A stretch of 64,000 bases of DNA from an uncultured Verrucomicrobiae bacterium (GTDB taxonomy: Bacteria > Chlamydiota > Chlamydiia > Chlamydiales > Rhabdochlamydiaceae): contig CAWEXY010000021.1 of assembly GCA_963813135.1 (NCBI GenBank), positions 1 through 64,000 of the forward strand, written 5' to 3'. Shown one piece after another: positions 54,863 through 64,000 of this stretch; position 1 is the first letter of the stretch, and each line of letters opens with the position of its first letter. The translations under genes were made by a program, and so were the position numbers. The notes below the pieces were generated by a model. It made no database searches and had not been told where the DNA came from. It was given only the letters and a program-made list of their open reading frames with translations.

Positions 54863-55543
54863 ATGAGCAGTGAAAAATTGATCAATTTAATGGAATCTTC
54901 CCAAACTTCCACAAAGAGTCCATGGGAATGGCTTTGTAGTACAGAAGCTGCTAATTTTGCCATGGTATTACTTGCAATATTTGCTGTTGTCGCTTTTTTC
55001 TATGGCCCATATTTGATTAGAAGATGGAGAGCAGAAAAATCTGCAGAAAAAATGAGTGACATTGCCGAATATGGATTAAATAATTTGCATGTATTTTTAG
55101 ACGAAATTAAGAACTGGATTATATTTGGAGAGAGCTTTGTTTATAGTAAGAACTCTCAAGCAAACATTCAGAAAAAAGAAATGCTCCCTGAAAAAGAGAA
55201 GAAAGAGTTCATAGAGTCTCTAAACAATGATCCTTTAGAAGTAAATAATTACTGCAAGTCAGGGATTAAAATTGTAAAAATATTACGCGAAATAATATAC
55301 CGCGTAAAACGCTTATCAAATCCCCAAATCGATGAAACTCTCCAAAGTTTAGAGAAATATACAAGCCAGTTACCTACTCAGCTATTTAATGCACACTCTT
55401 CTACCAGCCCTCTTGAATCCAAGGAGAAGTCAATTGAGTACCTAAGAAGTGCTCCAAGCAAGATCGAAAAAGATTGTTCATTGATCCATGATATGCTCAT
55501 TGACTATCTTATGTTTAGAAAAAGAAAAAAATCGAAATCATAA
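54863..55543 (+). CDS. hypothetical protein with N-terminal TM helix
   Basis: RBS AGGAG; starts 9 bp after the previous stop; TM FAMVLLAIFAVVAFFYG; AT-rich. Confidence 0.7.
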   Translation: MSSEKLINLMESSQTSTKSPWEWLCSTEAANFAMVLLAIFAVVAFFYGPYLIRRWRAEKSAEKMSDIAEYGLNNLHVFLDEIKNWIIFGESFVYSKNSQANIQKKEMLPEKEKKEFIESLNNDPLEVNNYCKSGIKIVKILREIIYRVKRLSNPQIDETLQSLEKYTSQLPTQLFNAHSSTSPLESKEKSIEYLRSAPSKIEKDCSLIHDMLIDYLMFRKRKKSKS

Positions 55544-55544
55544 T

Positions 55545-55585
55545 TAAAAATAAAGAAAACTCCGCCGAGTAGAGCCCTCGGCGGA
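55545..55585 (-). terminator. Rho-independent terminator of the amino-acid permease
   Basis: Stem TCCGCCGAG/CTCGGCGGA (55561-55585), followed on the minus strand by GTTTTCTTTATTTTT. Confidence 0.8.
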
Positions 55586-55593
55586 AACGATGT

Positions 55594-57045
55594 TTAACCG
55601 TTGCGCACTTTGCTGTGGTGGCGGCCATAGTAATAATATATGAAACAGCCGATCACCATCCAGATGATGAACTGCATCCAGGTAACGCCTGGAAGCGCGA
55701 TCATCTGAGCCACGGTGAAGATCGTGCCCAGTAACGGAACCCAGGGCATCCACGGCGTCTTGAACGGACGGTGGAGGGTCGGCTGCGTAAAGCGCAGGAC
55801 CAACACGCCAAAGCACACGAGTGCAAAGGCGAGGAGCGCGCCCATCGAGGTCAATGTTCCCAGCAGCCCGACTGGTAAAAATCCGCTCATCACCATGGCA
55901 ATGAGGGTCACAACGATCGTCGCAAAGAACGGCGTACGGAACTTGGCATGGATCTTTCCGAATGCTTTCGGAATAAGTCCATCGTGCGCCATCGTATAGA
56001 AGATCCGCGCTTGGCCCATGGCCATGATCAAAATGACCGAAGTAAAGGCAGCGAGGATGGCTATTTTTGCAACGTAGCGCAGCCACACAAAGTTGGGTCC
56101 GAGCGCATCGACCGCAACAGCGACGGGGTCGCTGACGCCGAGCATCTTGTAGCTCACAATGCCAGTGAGGAGGAGCGAGAAGATAACGTAGACGACTGTT
56201 GAAATCGACAGCGATCCGAGCATCCCGATAGGAATGTCTTTCTGGGGATTTTTCGCTTCTTGCGACATCGTCGCAACGGCATCAAATCCTAAGAACGCAA
56301 AGAAGACGATCCCAGCGCCGCGTAAAATACCGCTGATGCCGAACTCTCCGAAGACGCCTGTATTGGGAGGAATGAACGGTGTCCAGTTGTCTGTTTTAAC
56401 AAAAGCCACCGTGCAAGCGATGAACAGCACGATGATGCCGAGTTTAACGACAACGAGAATATTGTTGAGGAATGCCGCCATTTGTACGCCGCGGGCAATG
56501 AGGATGCCGAGCAAGGCGATGATGACCATGGCTGGAAGGTTCATGATCCCTTCTGTGCCTATCCATCCAGTCTGTACGCTATGAGCGATAGGCGCTGCGG
56601 AAATAGCTGCAGGAAGGGTTATTCCAAAGTCTTTGAGGAGGCTTGCTAGATACCCCGACCAGCCGCTGGCAACGGTTGCGACAGAAAATAAAAACTCGAG
56701 GGACAGCCCCCATCCGATAATCCAAGCGACAAACTCGCCCATCGTAGCGTAAGCATACGTGTAAGCGCTTCCAGCAATCGGGATCAGAGCAGCAAACTCG
56801 GCATAGCATAGCGCGGCAAAAAAGCAGCTGATCGCAGCGATGATGAAAGATATAACAACAGCGGGGCCCGCAGCGTTCGCTGCAGCCTCACCTGTCAAGA
56901 CGAATAGACCGGCGCCGATAATGGCTCCAATGCCGATCGCAGTCAAGTTCATCGGACCTAAAGTACGTTTAAGACCGTTTTTGTTATCGGAAGCTTCTTT
57001 TAGAAGCGACGCGATTGATTTTCTTGCGAAAAGTCCTTTTTTCAT
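55594..57045 (-). CDS. APC-family amino acid permease
   Basis: LKRTLG..L.AIGIGAIIGAGLF, CYAEFA..IP.AGSAY.Y, FFAFLGFDAV, EAKNPQKDIP. Confidence 0.93.
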   Translation of the reverse strand: MKKGLFARKSIASLLKEASDNKNGLKRTLGPMNLTAIGIGAIIGAGLFVLTGEAAANAAGPAVVISFIIAAISCFFAALCYAEFAALIPIAGSAYTYAYATMGEFVAWIIGWGLSLEFLFSVATVASGWSGYLASLLKDFGITLPAAISAAPIAHSVQTGWIGTEGIMNLPAMVIIALLGILIARGVQMAAFLNNILVVVKLGIIVLFIACTVAFVKTDNWTPFIPPNTGVFGEFGISGILRGAGIVFFAFLGFDAVATMSQEAKNPQKDIPIGMLGSLSISTVVYVIFSLLLTGIVSYKMLGVSDPVAVAVDALGPNFVWLRYVAKIAILAAFTSVILIMAMGQARIFYTMAHDGLIPKAFGKIHAKFRTPFFATIVVTLIAMVMSGFLPVGLLGTLTSMGALLAFALVCFGVLVLRFTQPTLHRPFKTPWMPWVPLLGTIFTVAQMIALPGVTWMQFIIWMVIGCFIYYYYGRHHSKVRNG

Positions 57046-57051
57046 ATTTCC

Positions 57052-57750
57052 TTATTGTGTGATAGTCGCTTCCCACTCTTTAACATAAGAGAGAAGCTCC
57101 GAAGAATGGGGTTTTTTTTGAAGATAGGCCAAGTTTTTTTCTTGGCTGCTGAAATGGGCAATTTTAGCTAGCAAATGAAGATGGCTTTTGTCCGATGAGG
57201 AAAAAAGGAAAAAGAGCGTGTGGACTTTTTTTCCATCGAGGGCGCCATAGTCTAAAGGATTTTTAGGGAAGACGGTGATGATCACGTCTGCGCCTGGATG
57301 CTCGAGCACCGGATCCCGGGGATGCGGCACGGCAATGCCGTTGTTGAGCGCTGTCGGCATCATCTCTTCGCGATCCAGGAGAAGATCAGCGATCACTTCG
57401 GCATCGAGGCCGACGCGTGTGGCGATCTCTTTGGAGACGGCTGTAATCACTTCTTCTTTTGTTTTTCCCGGCACGTCGATGATTGCGCCGCCTTTGTGCA
57501 TGGCCCGATAAAAACTGAACTGCTGCGATCCAGTGGCCGGTGGGTAAATCTGTTTTTCTTCAAACGGCGTGAACCCGTCTTGGTTCATCTGCAGTTTGCA
57601 GCGCATCATCCAATCTTCGATCTCGCTTTTATCGAATCGATATTGATGGTTGAGCAGGTAAGCAGGGATTTTACGATCTTTGAGCCATCTGCGGATAGTT
57701 GTTTGAGAGACGTTGAGGAGCTCGGCTACATCTTTGATCTTCAGGTCCAT
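57052..57750 (-). CDS. ptsN: PTS IIA(Ntr)-like protein with N-terminal HTH
   Basis: Excisionase-like HTH (DVAELLNVSQTTIRRW) plus EIIA (REEMMPTALNNGIAVPHPR). Confidence 0.9.
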   Translation of the reverse strand: MDLKIKDVAELLNVSQTTIRRWLKDRKIPAYLLNHQYRFDKSEIEDWMMRCKLQMNQDGFTPFEEKQIYPPATGSQQFSFYRAMHKGGAIIDVPGKTKEEVITAVSKEIATRVGLDAEVIADLLLDREEMMPTALNNGIAVPHPRDPVLEHPGADVIITVFPKNPLDYGALDGKKVHTLFFLFSSSDKSHLHLLAKIAHFSSQEKNLAYLQKKPHSSELLSYVKEWEATITQ

Positions 57751-57756
57751 AATTTT

Positions 57757-58206
57757 TTAGCATCCTTGAAAAAGAGCAATCACTTGACTTGCAGACGTCG
57801 CCTTGAGAAGGTTAGCGCGTCTTTCAGGATCTTTGATCGCCGCTGTGAGACGCGATAAGATCTTTAAGTACTCTGTCTGCCTATTATCAGGCCCCCCGAT
57901 CATAAAAATCAAATGCGCAGGCAGTCCGTCTATGGCGTTCCACTCGATGCCGCGTCCGCTTTGGATACCGATGGCGATAAAAAAGTCATCATAGCCTTGA
58001 AGTTTTGCGTGAGGGACCGCAACGCCGAGGCCGATGCCTGTTGAAACAAGTTTCTCCCGTTGTAAGATCGCCTGTTTGAAAGCCTCTTTTTCTTTGAGCT
58101 TATGGGATTGATCGAGGGCGTCGATGAGGGCATTGATTGCTTCTTCTTGTGTCGTAACATCTAAAAAGACCACTTGCCGGTCATCGAGATAGTCGGCGAT
58201 GGACAT
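57757..58206 (-). CDS. ptsN: PTS IIA(Ntr)-like protein
   Basis: REKLVSTGIGLGVAVPHAK; start taken at MSIADYLD. Confidence 0.9.
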   Translation of the reverse strand: MSIADYLDDRQVVFLDVTTQEEAINALIDALDQSHKLKEKEAFKQAILQREKLVSTGIGLGVAVPHAKLQGYDDFFIAIGIQSGRGIEWNAIDGLPAHLIFMIGGPDNRQTEYLKILSRLTAAIKDPERRANLLKATSASQVIALFQGC

Positions 58207-58252
58207 CTCTTTTCCTTTTCTGAATAAATTTCGAAGCTCTACGAGAAGATGA

Positions 58253-58702
58253 TTAATGCGTTCCAGTATGGCCAAATCCACTCTCCCCTCTTGCCGTTAC
58301 AGCAAGGTTCTCTTTCGTCACAAAAAACGCACGATAGACCGGCGCCAAAACAATTTGCGCGATACGCATGCCTGGAGTGATCGTGAGAGGCTCTTTTCCA
58401 TGATTAATTAAGATAACACCGAGCTCGCCTCGATAATCTGCATCGATAGTGCCGGGAGAATTGATAACAGTGATACCGTGCTTCAACGCAAGTCCGCTGC
58501 GAGGTCTTACTTGAATCTCAAAACCGGCAGGAATTTCAAAACGCAGTCCCGTGGGAATGAGCGCTCGTTCCCCGGGCTGCACGACAATTTCTTTGTCGAG
58601 ATGCGCCCTCACATCCGCTCCTGCGGCCAAAGATGAAGCATACTCAGGTATCGCTCCACCTTCTTCAACTTTGATCGGTACTTCTAACTGTTCAAGTGAC
58701 AT
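58253..58702 (-). CDS. dut: dUTP diphosphatase
   Basis: [38 protein letters not shown]. Confidence 0.97.
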   Translation of the reverse strand: MSLEQLEVPIKVEEGGAIPEYASSLAAGADVRAHLDKEIVVQPGERALIPTGLRFEIPAGFEIQVRPRSGLALKHGITVINSPGTIDADYRGELGVILINHGKEPLTITPGMRIAQIVLAPVYRAFFVTKENLAVTARGESGFGHTGTH

Positions 58703-59636
58703 GTGTTAACTCTTGCTCGGAAAAGTCCAGCAGTTCCTTAAACTTTTGAGGCAATTTTGCGAGAGGCTCCAAATCTGATTCATCTAAAAACTCTCGTTCG
58801 TTGTCCATCAAAAAGCTCAAGAAAAATGATAACTTATCTTTTAGCTGATGTCGATTTAAAATGCAATCGATCATCCCTTTTTCGAGTAAGAATTCAGATT
58901 TTTGCGCTTTCGGGGGTAGTTTCTGTCCAATTGTCTGTTCCACGATGCGGGGTCCGGCAAAGCCGATCAAGGCATCCGGCTCTGCGATGATCACATCGCC
59001 TAGCGATGCGAAAGAGGCTGTGACTCCTCCGAGGGTCGGATTCGTCAGCACGGAAATAAAAGGCAATCCAGCTTCATGCAATTTCGCCAAGGCCGCCGAC
59101 GTCTTGGCCATCTGCATCAGAGACAGCACCGATTCTTGCATCCGCGCCCCACCCGATGCCGATACGATCACAACAGGCATGCGGCGTCTAATCGCCAGCT
59201 CAACGAGCGACGTCAGCCTTTCGCCGACGACCGATCCCATCGATCCTGCCATAAAACCAAAGTCGAGTACGCCCAAAGCTGTGGGCCTTCCATTGATCTT
59301 GCAAGTCCCCACAGCCACAGCCTCATCGCGGCCGGTCGTCTTTTTCGCCTTCTCCAATCTCTTGGTATAGGGCTGCTCATCGACGAATGTGAGAGGATCG
59401 ACTGCCTTAAACTCGGTAAATTTTTCTTCAAACGAGCCTTCGTCCGCTAACATCTCTACTCTTTGAAGGGCCGACAAGCGGTAATGATAACCACATTTTG
59501 TACAGCACTGAAGGTTCTTTTCCACCTCGTTCACATGGATCATTTCGGTGCATTCAGGACACTTGATCCAGCCGCTGTAGCCGTCCCGCTTCGACTGAAT
59601 TTTAATTTTTGGTCTGTTCCAAGAAAATAATGCCAT
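58692..59636 (-). CDS. accD: acetyl-CoA carboxylase carboxyltransferase beta subunit
   Basis: Zn finger [49 protein letters not shown]. Confidence 0.97.
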   Translation of the reverse strand: MALFSWNRPKIKIQSKRDGYSGWIKCPECTEMIHVNEVEKNLQCCTKCGYHYRLSALQRVEMLADEGSFEEKFTEFKAVDPLTFVDEQPYTKRLEKAKKTTGRDEAVAVGTCKINGRPTALGVLDFGFMAGSMGSVVGERLTSLVELAIRRRMPVVIVSASGGARMQESVLSLMQMAKTSAALAKLHEAGLPFISVLTNPTLGGVTASFASLGDVIIAEPDALIGFAGPRIVEQTIGQKLPPKAQKSEFLLEKGMIDCILNRHQLKDKLSFFLSFLMDNEREFLDESDLEPLAKLPQKFKELLDFSEQELTHVT

Positions 59637-59691
59637 AATTTGTGCCCTACTATATCAAAGTTTAAGATAGAAAACAACCGCTGCAAAATAT

Positions 59692-60282
59692 TTACTTTGC
59701 ACCAGCATACCTTTCTTCGACGTTTTTCCAGTTCACAATTTTCCAAATATTTTTTACATAGTCAGCTCTAACATTCTTATACTGAAGATAATAGGCATGC
59801 TCCCATACATCGATGCCCAAAAGAGGCACTAACCCCGTTGTACTCAAGGGATCCTGGTTGCTGCAGGCAGCGATCGCGAGCCTTCCTTTTGCCTTATCAT
59901 AGCCTAGCCAGCCCCATCCAGAACCCTGTATCGCCACCGTTGAGGAGCTCATCACTTCGATCAATTTATCCAATGATCCAAATTCTTTCTTGATAGCCTC
60001 GAGAAGATCGCCCTTAGGTTCGCCGCCCTTCGGGGTTAAGTTTGTCCAAAAAATCGAGTGGTTCACATGACCGCCCCCGTTGAACCGGATCGCCGGCTGC
60101 AGCGCGATCATCGCTGCGACATCGCCTTTTTTCTCTGCTTCGACATATTTTTCCAACGCAGCGTTCAAATTATTGACATACGCTTGGTGGTGTTTGGTGT
60201 AATGGAGTTCCATGATTTGGCCCGAGATAACGGGTTCGAGAGCTCCAAAATCGTAGGGGAGCTCAGGGAGCTTGTATTGCAT
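59692..60282 (-). CDS. sodA: superoxide dismutase (Mn type)
   Basis: [41 protein letters not shown]. Confidence 0.93.
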   Translation of the reverse strand: MQYKLPELPYDFGALEPVISGQIMELHYTKHHQAYVNNLNAALEKYVEAEKKGDVAAMIALQPAIRFNGGGHVNHSIFWTNLTPKGGEPKGDLLEAIKKEFGSLDKLIEVMSSSTVAIQGSGWGWLGYDKAKGRLAIAACSNQDPLSTTGLVPLLGIDVWEHAYYLQYKNVRADYVKNIWKIVNWKNVEERYAGAK

Positions 60283-60369
60283 AAGGCCTCCTTAAAACTT
60301 GTAACCTTCAGCATATCCGAACCCCCAAAAAAAGAGGAAGGTAAAGTTCCTAATGGCTATAATCCAAAC

Positions 60370-62694
60370 ATGCTTTGTCGGATTATTCTATCCATCTGCC
60401 TTCCCTTCTTCCTCATGGCCTCGCCGGCCCCTGAATGGGCCCATCCTGCAGACTTTGCCCTGCATCCCGTCCCCATCGATCCTTCTCAAAACAGCCTTCA
60501 ATGCCTTCTCAAAGAAAGACAGCAGCACAAAGAAGAACATACGACCTTCGCCCACTTTGCTATTAAAATTCTCTCTTCCAGCGGGGTCCATCAAATCTCG
60601 CAGCTTAATTTTGACTACGATCCCGCCTTCCAAAAAGTGGACGTGCACACCCTCCGCATCTATCGCGACGGAGAGTGGCTCGATCGCCTAGAAACATCCC
60701 GCCATAACACTATTCAGCGCGAAGAAAACCTCGATCAAAACCAATACAACGGCAACCTTTCGCTCGTCTATTTTATCGATGACATCCGCGAAGGCGACAT
60801 CCTTGAATACGCCTATTCCACCATTGGAGAATCTCCCATTTTTTCATCCCATCTCTACACGATCTTCAAACTCCAGCACGAACAGGCCATCGAAAAAACC
60901 TCATATAAAATTCTGGCCCCTCCTGATACGCCTCTCCGCTTCAAAAACTTTAACACCTCCCTAGAACCCACGGTTACAGATCTCTCCCCCGACCTTCGCG
61001 AGTGGGCATGGCAAACAAACACTTCGGCTCCCTATTCATTAGAGCCCTCTCTTCCCGATTGGTATTTTCCGATGGCCCATGTCGAAGTCAGCGAGTATAA
61101 CAATTGGCAAGAACTGGCCCAGACAATCGCTCCCCTTTATGCCCTTCCAGAGCTCGCCTCGCCCGAGATGAGCGCGCTCACGGAAAAATGGAAGTCCGCC
61201 GCTGCGCATCCCGCTAAGCGCGCCCTTCTAGCTCTCCGATTTGTGCAAGACGAAGTTCGTTATCTGGGCTTTGAAGAAGGCGTCGGCGCCTTCAAGCCCG
61301 CCGATCCCTCCGTCACCCTCCAACGGCGCTTTGGAGACTGTAAAGATAAGACCTTTCTCCTCCACGCTCTTTTACACCAAATGGGCATCGAGTCCATTCC
61401 CTTGTTAGTCCACTCCCGCCAGGGCAAAAGCCTTCCCGAGTCTCTTCCGCTGCCCGGACTATTCGATCATATTATTTTGCAGATCAAAATCGGAGAAGCC
61501 GCTTACAACGTCGATCCCACCCTCAACCTCCAAGGCGGCTCCCTCGAAAGCACCATTTGCCCCCTCTACCACTTTGGCCTTTTGACCAGTCCGGATACAA
61601 CAGACCTCACCCCCATCCCCGAGCGCCCCCGAAAACCCGAAGAAATCGATACCTCCATCACCCTTGTTTCTGAAGACACCGCGCATCTCACCATCCGCCA
61701 GACCTTCCACACCTCGCGCGCTGACATGTACCGCGACATGCTCAACTGGAAAGGCATCAAAAAAGTCTCCGATGACGATCTCCATGAGATCCAAGAAATT
61801 TATGGCGGCGGATCCGAGCTGAGCCCTCTCACCTTTACCGACGATCGGGAAAAAAACATTCTCACCATCACCAAGTCCTACATCATCCCCACACGCCATA
61901 GCGCAGGACAAAAAGTCCTCGATATCTTTTCCTTTACCTTGCGCGATTATCTCCTCACTGGAATCAACCCTGCCCGCTCCTCTCCTCACGCCCTAGCCTA
62001 TCCCCTTTGGGTCCAAGAACACATCCACATCGATAACCCCTACCACACCTATCACTCAGCTTCACAGCACAGCCGCTCTGACCACGATTCCTTTTTCTAT
62101 AATTACTCCTACAACTTTGCGGGCCACACCGCCGACTATCGCCACGAACTCAAGAACCTGCGCGACCACATAGCTCCTGACCACCTGCGCGACTACTGGG
62201 AACAAACCCGCGGCATCACGCGCAATATGTTTATTGAACAGACCATCGCCGCACCCCAACCCTCCTTGTCCCACCTTTGGAGCGCTTTCTTCTTTTTACT
62301 ATGGATCGCCTTAGTGTTTTTTTCCCGCCACAGCCCCTCCACGCTCGAACTCCACCTCCAAAGAGCCTGGAGGTTCTACTCCCTTTTCATGTTCATTTTC
62401 CTTTACAACATCACCCCCAATGCCGGGCTCTACACCATCTCTATCCTTGCCCTCCTCCTATGCGGAAAACTCTTCCAGCAGCGCATCTTCAACAAAAAAT
62501 CTTCCCAAGACATCGCCCTCGCTCTCGTTGCCTTAGCCCTGCACATCGGACTCGTTGCTTACCTTGTCTATCCCTCATCCTGGGAACGCGCCGGCCCCAT
62601 TATTTTGACCCTGCTCTACCTTGGCGCAGCCGCGCGCCACCTCCTCCTCGCCCGTAAATTCCTCTCGCAGGACATCGAGATCCTTAGCGCATAA
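60370..62694 (+). CDS. DUF3857 + transglutaminase-like domain protein with C-terminal TM segments
   Basis: Signal peptide MLCRIIL..., DIREGDILEYAY, FVQDEVRY, RFGDCKDK, FDHII, VDPT. Confidence 0.85.
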   Translation: MLCRIILSICLPFFLMASPAPEWAHPADFALHPVPIDPSQNSLQCLLKERQQHKEEHTTFAHFAIKILSSSGVHQISQLNFDYDPAFQKVDVHTLRIYRDGEWLDRLETSRHNTIQREENLDQNQYNGNLSLVYFIDDIREGDILEYAYSTIGESPIFSSHLYTIFKLQHEQAIEKTSYKILAPPDTPLRFKNFNTSLEPTVTDLSPDLREWAWQTNTSAPYSLEPSLPDWYFPMAHVEVSEYNNWQELAQTIAPLYALPELASPEMSALTEKWKSAAAHPAKRALLALRFVQDEVRYLGFEEGVGAFKPADPSVTLQRRFGDCKDKTFLLHALLHQMGIESIPLLVHSRQGKSLPESLPLPGLFDHIILQIKIGEAAYNVDPTLNLQGGSLESTICPLYHFGLLTSPDTTDLTPIPERPRKPEEIDTSITLVSEDTAHLTIRQTFHTSRADMYRDMLNWKGIKKVSDDDLHEIQEIYGGGSELSPLTFTDDREKNILTITKSYIIPTRHSAGQKVLDIFSFTLRDYLLTGINPARSSPHALAYPLWVQEHIHIDNPYHTYHSASQHSRSDHDSFFYNYSYNFAGHTADYRHELKNLRDHIAPDHLRDYWEQTRGITRNMFIEQTIAAPQPSLSHLWSAFFFLLWIALVFFSRHSPSTLELHLQRAWRFYSLFMFIFLYNITPNAGLYTISILALLLCGKLFQQRIFNKKSSQDIALALVALALHIGLVAYLVYPSSWERAGPIILTLLYLGAAARHLLLARKFLSQDIEILSA

Positions 62695-62723
62695 ATTGCA
62701 AAATTCTTTCTACTTAGATATCC

Positions 62724-63686
62724 TTGCACAAAGCAGGAGTCATCTTGAGAATCTTTTTAGCCATCCTTTTTTTTCTCATCACCCTTCTCCAATCCCTCTT
62801 CTCCGCAGAAGATCGCGTCAACTACGAACCGCTCTACGCTGGATCCCTCCTCGCCTTCTTTCCCAACAACATTCCCCCGGGGCACCTCTCCATTCAACCC
62901 TATATCTACTACACCCGCACCAACGCCATCTATAATCACCACTGGTCTCCTCAAACCATCAAAAACGTCGACCTCGCAACTCTTTCCGTTTCTTTAGAAA
63001 CCGGGATCACCCCCTATCTTGATTTCACCCTCATCCTCAATGACACCTACAATCGCTCCGGAAGCCGCCATACACTTCTTTGCGCGGATACCGAAGCCTA
63101 TTTGGGCTTCCAAGTCACCACTAATAAAAAAGGAACCCTCGTCCCCGACTTCCGAGTTCTCTTAGGCGAAAGCTTTCCTACCGGCAAATATAAAAACCTC
63201 AACCCCAAAAAACTGGGAAGCGACATTTCTGGAACAGGCTCTTATGAAACAATCCTCCTCGTCGTCGTCCGCAAAATATTCTACGTTCCCAAACATCCCT
63301 TCGACATCAACCTCAACCTCTTCTACGTCCTTCCCGCTAAAACCCATGTCGACAACCTCAGCGTCTATCTCGGCGGCCCTGGCACACACGGCACCGTCCG
63401 GCCTGGCAATGAGTTCATCGTCAACCTCGCCATCGATTACAGCCTCACCCGCTACTGGGCCCTCGGGCTCGACGCGCACTATGTTCATCAAAATCGTTCC
63501 CGCTTCTCTGGAAAGACCCTTCTCCCCGCCGGCCTGCCCTCCTCAGAAATCTTTAGCCTGGCCCCCTGCCTCGAGTATAGTTATTCCGACGACTTTAGCT
63601 TAGCGGGAGGATTTTGGTTCTCCGTCGCCGGCCGCAACGCCGTCCAGTTCCGCAGCGCCGTCTTCAACGTCTATTATTTTTTCTAA
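62724..63686 (+). CDS. putative outer-membrane beta-barrel protein (MetA/phenol-degradation-like)
   Basis: Signal-like N-terminus, PTGKY...GTGSY motif, alternating aromatic strands and a terminal Phe. Start uncertain. Confidence 0.65.
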   Translation: MHKAGVILRIFLAILFFLITLLQSLFSAEDRVNYEPLYAGSLLAFFPNNIPPGHLSIQPYIYYTRTNAIYNHHWSPQTIKNVDLATLSVSLETGITPYLDFTLILNDTYNRSGSRHTLLCADTEAYLGFQVTTNKKGTLVPDFRVLLGESFPTGKYKNLNPKKLGSDISGTGSYETILLVVVRKIFYVPKHPFDINLNLFYVLPAKTHVDNLSVYLGGPGTHGTVRPGNEFIVNLAIDYSLTRYWALGLDAHYVHQNRSRFSGKTLLPAGLPSSEIFSLAPCLEYSYSDDFSLAGGFWFSVAGRNAVQFRSAVFNVYYFF

Positions 63687-63781
63687 CACAAAATTTATCC
63701 ATCCTTTACATTGCGTAAAATACTTCGATTTAATAAAATTAGTCTGACTTCATTTTAAAAGTTTTTAAATCAGGATTATCG

Positions 63782-64000
63782 ATGCGTCGATTTATATTTG
63801 TTATTTCAATAATTCTTAGCGTATTTTTTATAGTCAACCAGCTGCAAATTCGAAACGTTAAAAAAAGACTTGTCAATCATCGAAAAACCGTAAAGAAGCA
63901 AGAAGTCGCCCGCAACGAACCTACGCCCAAATACTCCAAAATAACTCTCCCTCCCCAACTACAAGCCCTCCCCTTGGCCGATGAGTCGGGCATCGTTCTC
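63782..64000 (+). CDS. hypothetical protein, partial (runs off the window)
   Basis: MRRFIFVISIILSVFFIVNQ... signal/TM segment; open to the window end. Confidence 0.5.
   Translation, partial: MRRFIFVISIILSVFFIVNQLQIRNVKKRLVNHRKTVKKQEVARNEPTPKYSKITLPPQLQALPLADESGIVL

Noticed and set aside
60058..60369. N-terminal extension of the 878-aa ORF
   Set aside because: It overlaps sod on the opposite strand; the signal peptide begins at ATG 60,370.
1..64000. tRNA, rRNA, integrase or transposase genes
   Set aside because: No cloverleaf/T-loop pattern, rRNA signature or recombinase motif was recognised by eye; tRNAscan-SE and ISEScan would confirm.

Overview
The window looks like two unrelated genomes joined at about 28,750. 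The left part (1-~28,750) is GC-rich and Verrucomicrobia-like (Pedosphaera-type). It holds a decayed defence-type locus (DUF5131 fragment, OLD-family ATPase-TOPRIM nuclease, N6-methylase remnant) and transport/housekeeping genes (ABC-2 permease, TMEM43, ABC-F, VF530, SUI1, Ser/Thr kinase, GH29 fucosidase). It also has several large secreted proteins (FG-GAP, HAF/FN3, Gloeo_Verruco, Ig); four secreted proteins share a C-terminal '...W...F[FYM]RL' domain. An AT-rich ABC-ATPase + TOPRIM-like pair sits beside a dense patchwork of REP-like hairpins and an 11-unit palindromic 21-bp array. Many genes in this part are frameshifted, probably long-read indels. The right part (~28,755-64,000) is from an environmental chlamydia. 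It begins inside a 5'-truncated dnaA and follows the chlamydial backbone order bactofilin ... gcvH, CT283-like, lipoate ligase, clpC, mnmA, ptsN x2, dut, accD, sod. Accessory insertions there are a Sec-signal Rhs toxin with cognate immunity plus an orphan toxin stub/immunity pair, a HEPN-motif + membrane gene pair, and a truncated dinD/DUF1937 islet. No rRNA, tRNA or CRISPR was seen. All family names come from recalled motifs, not database searches.
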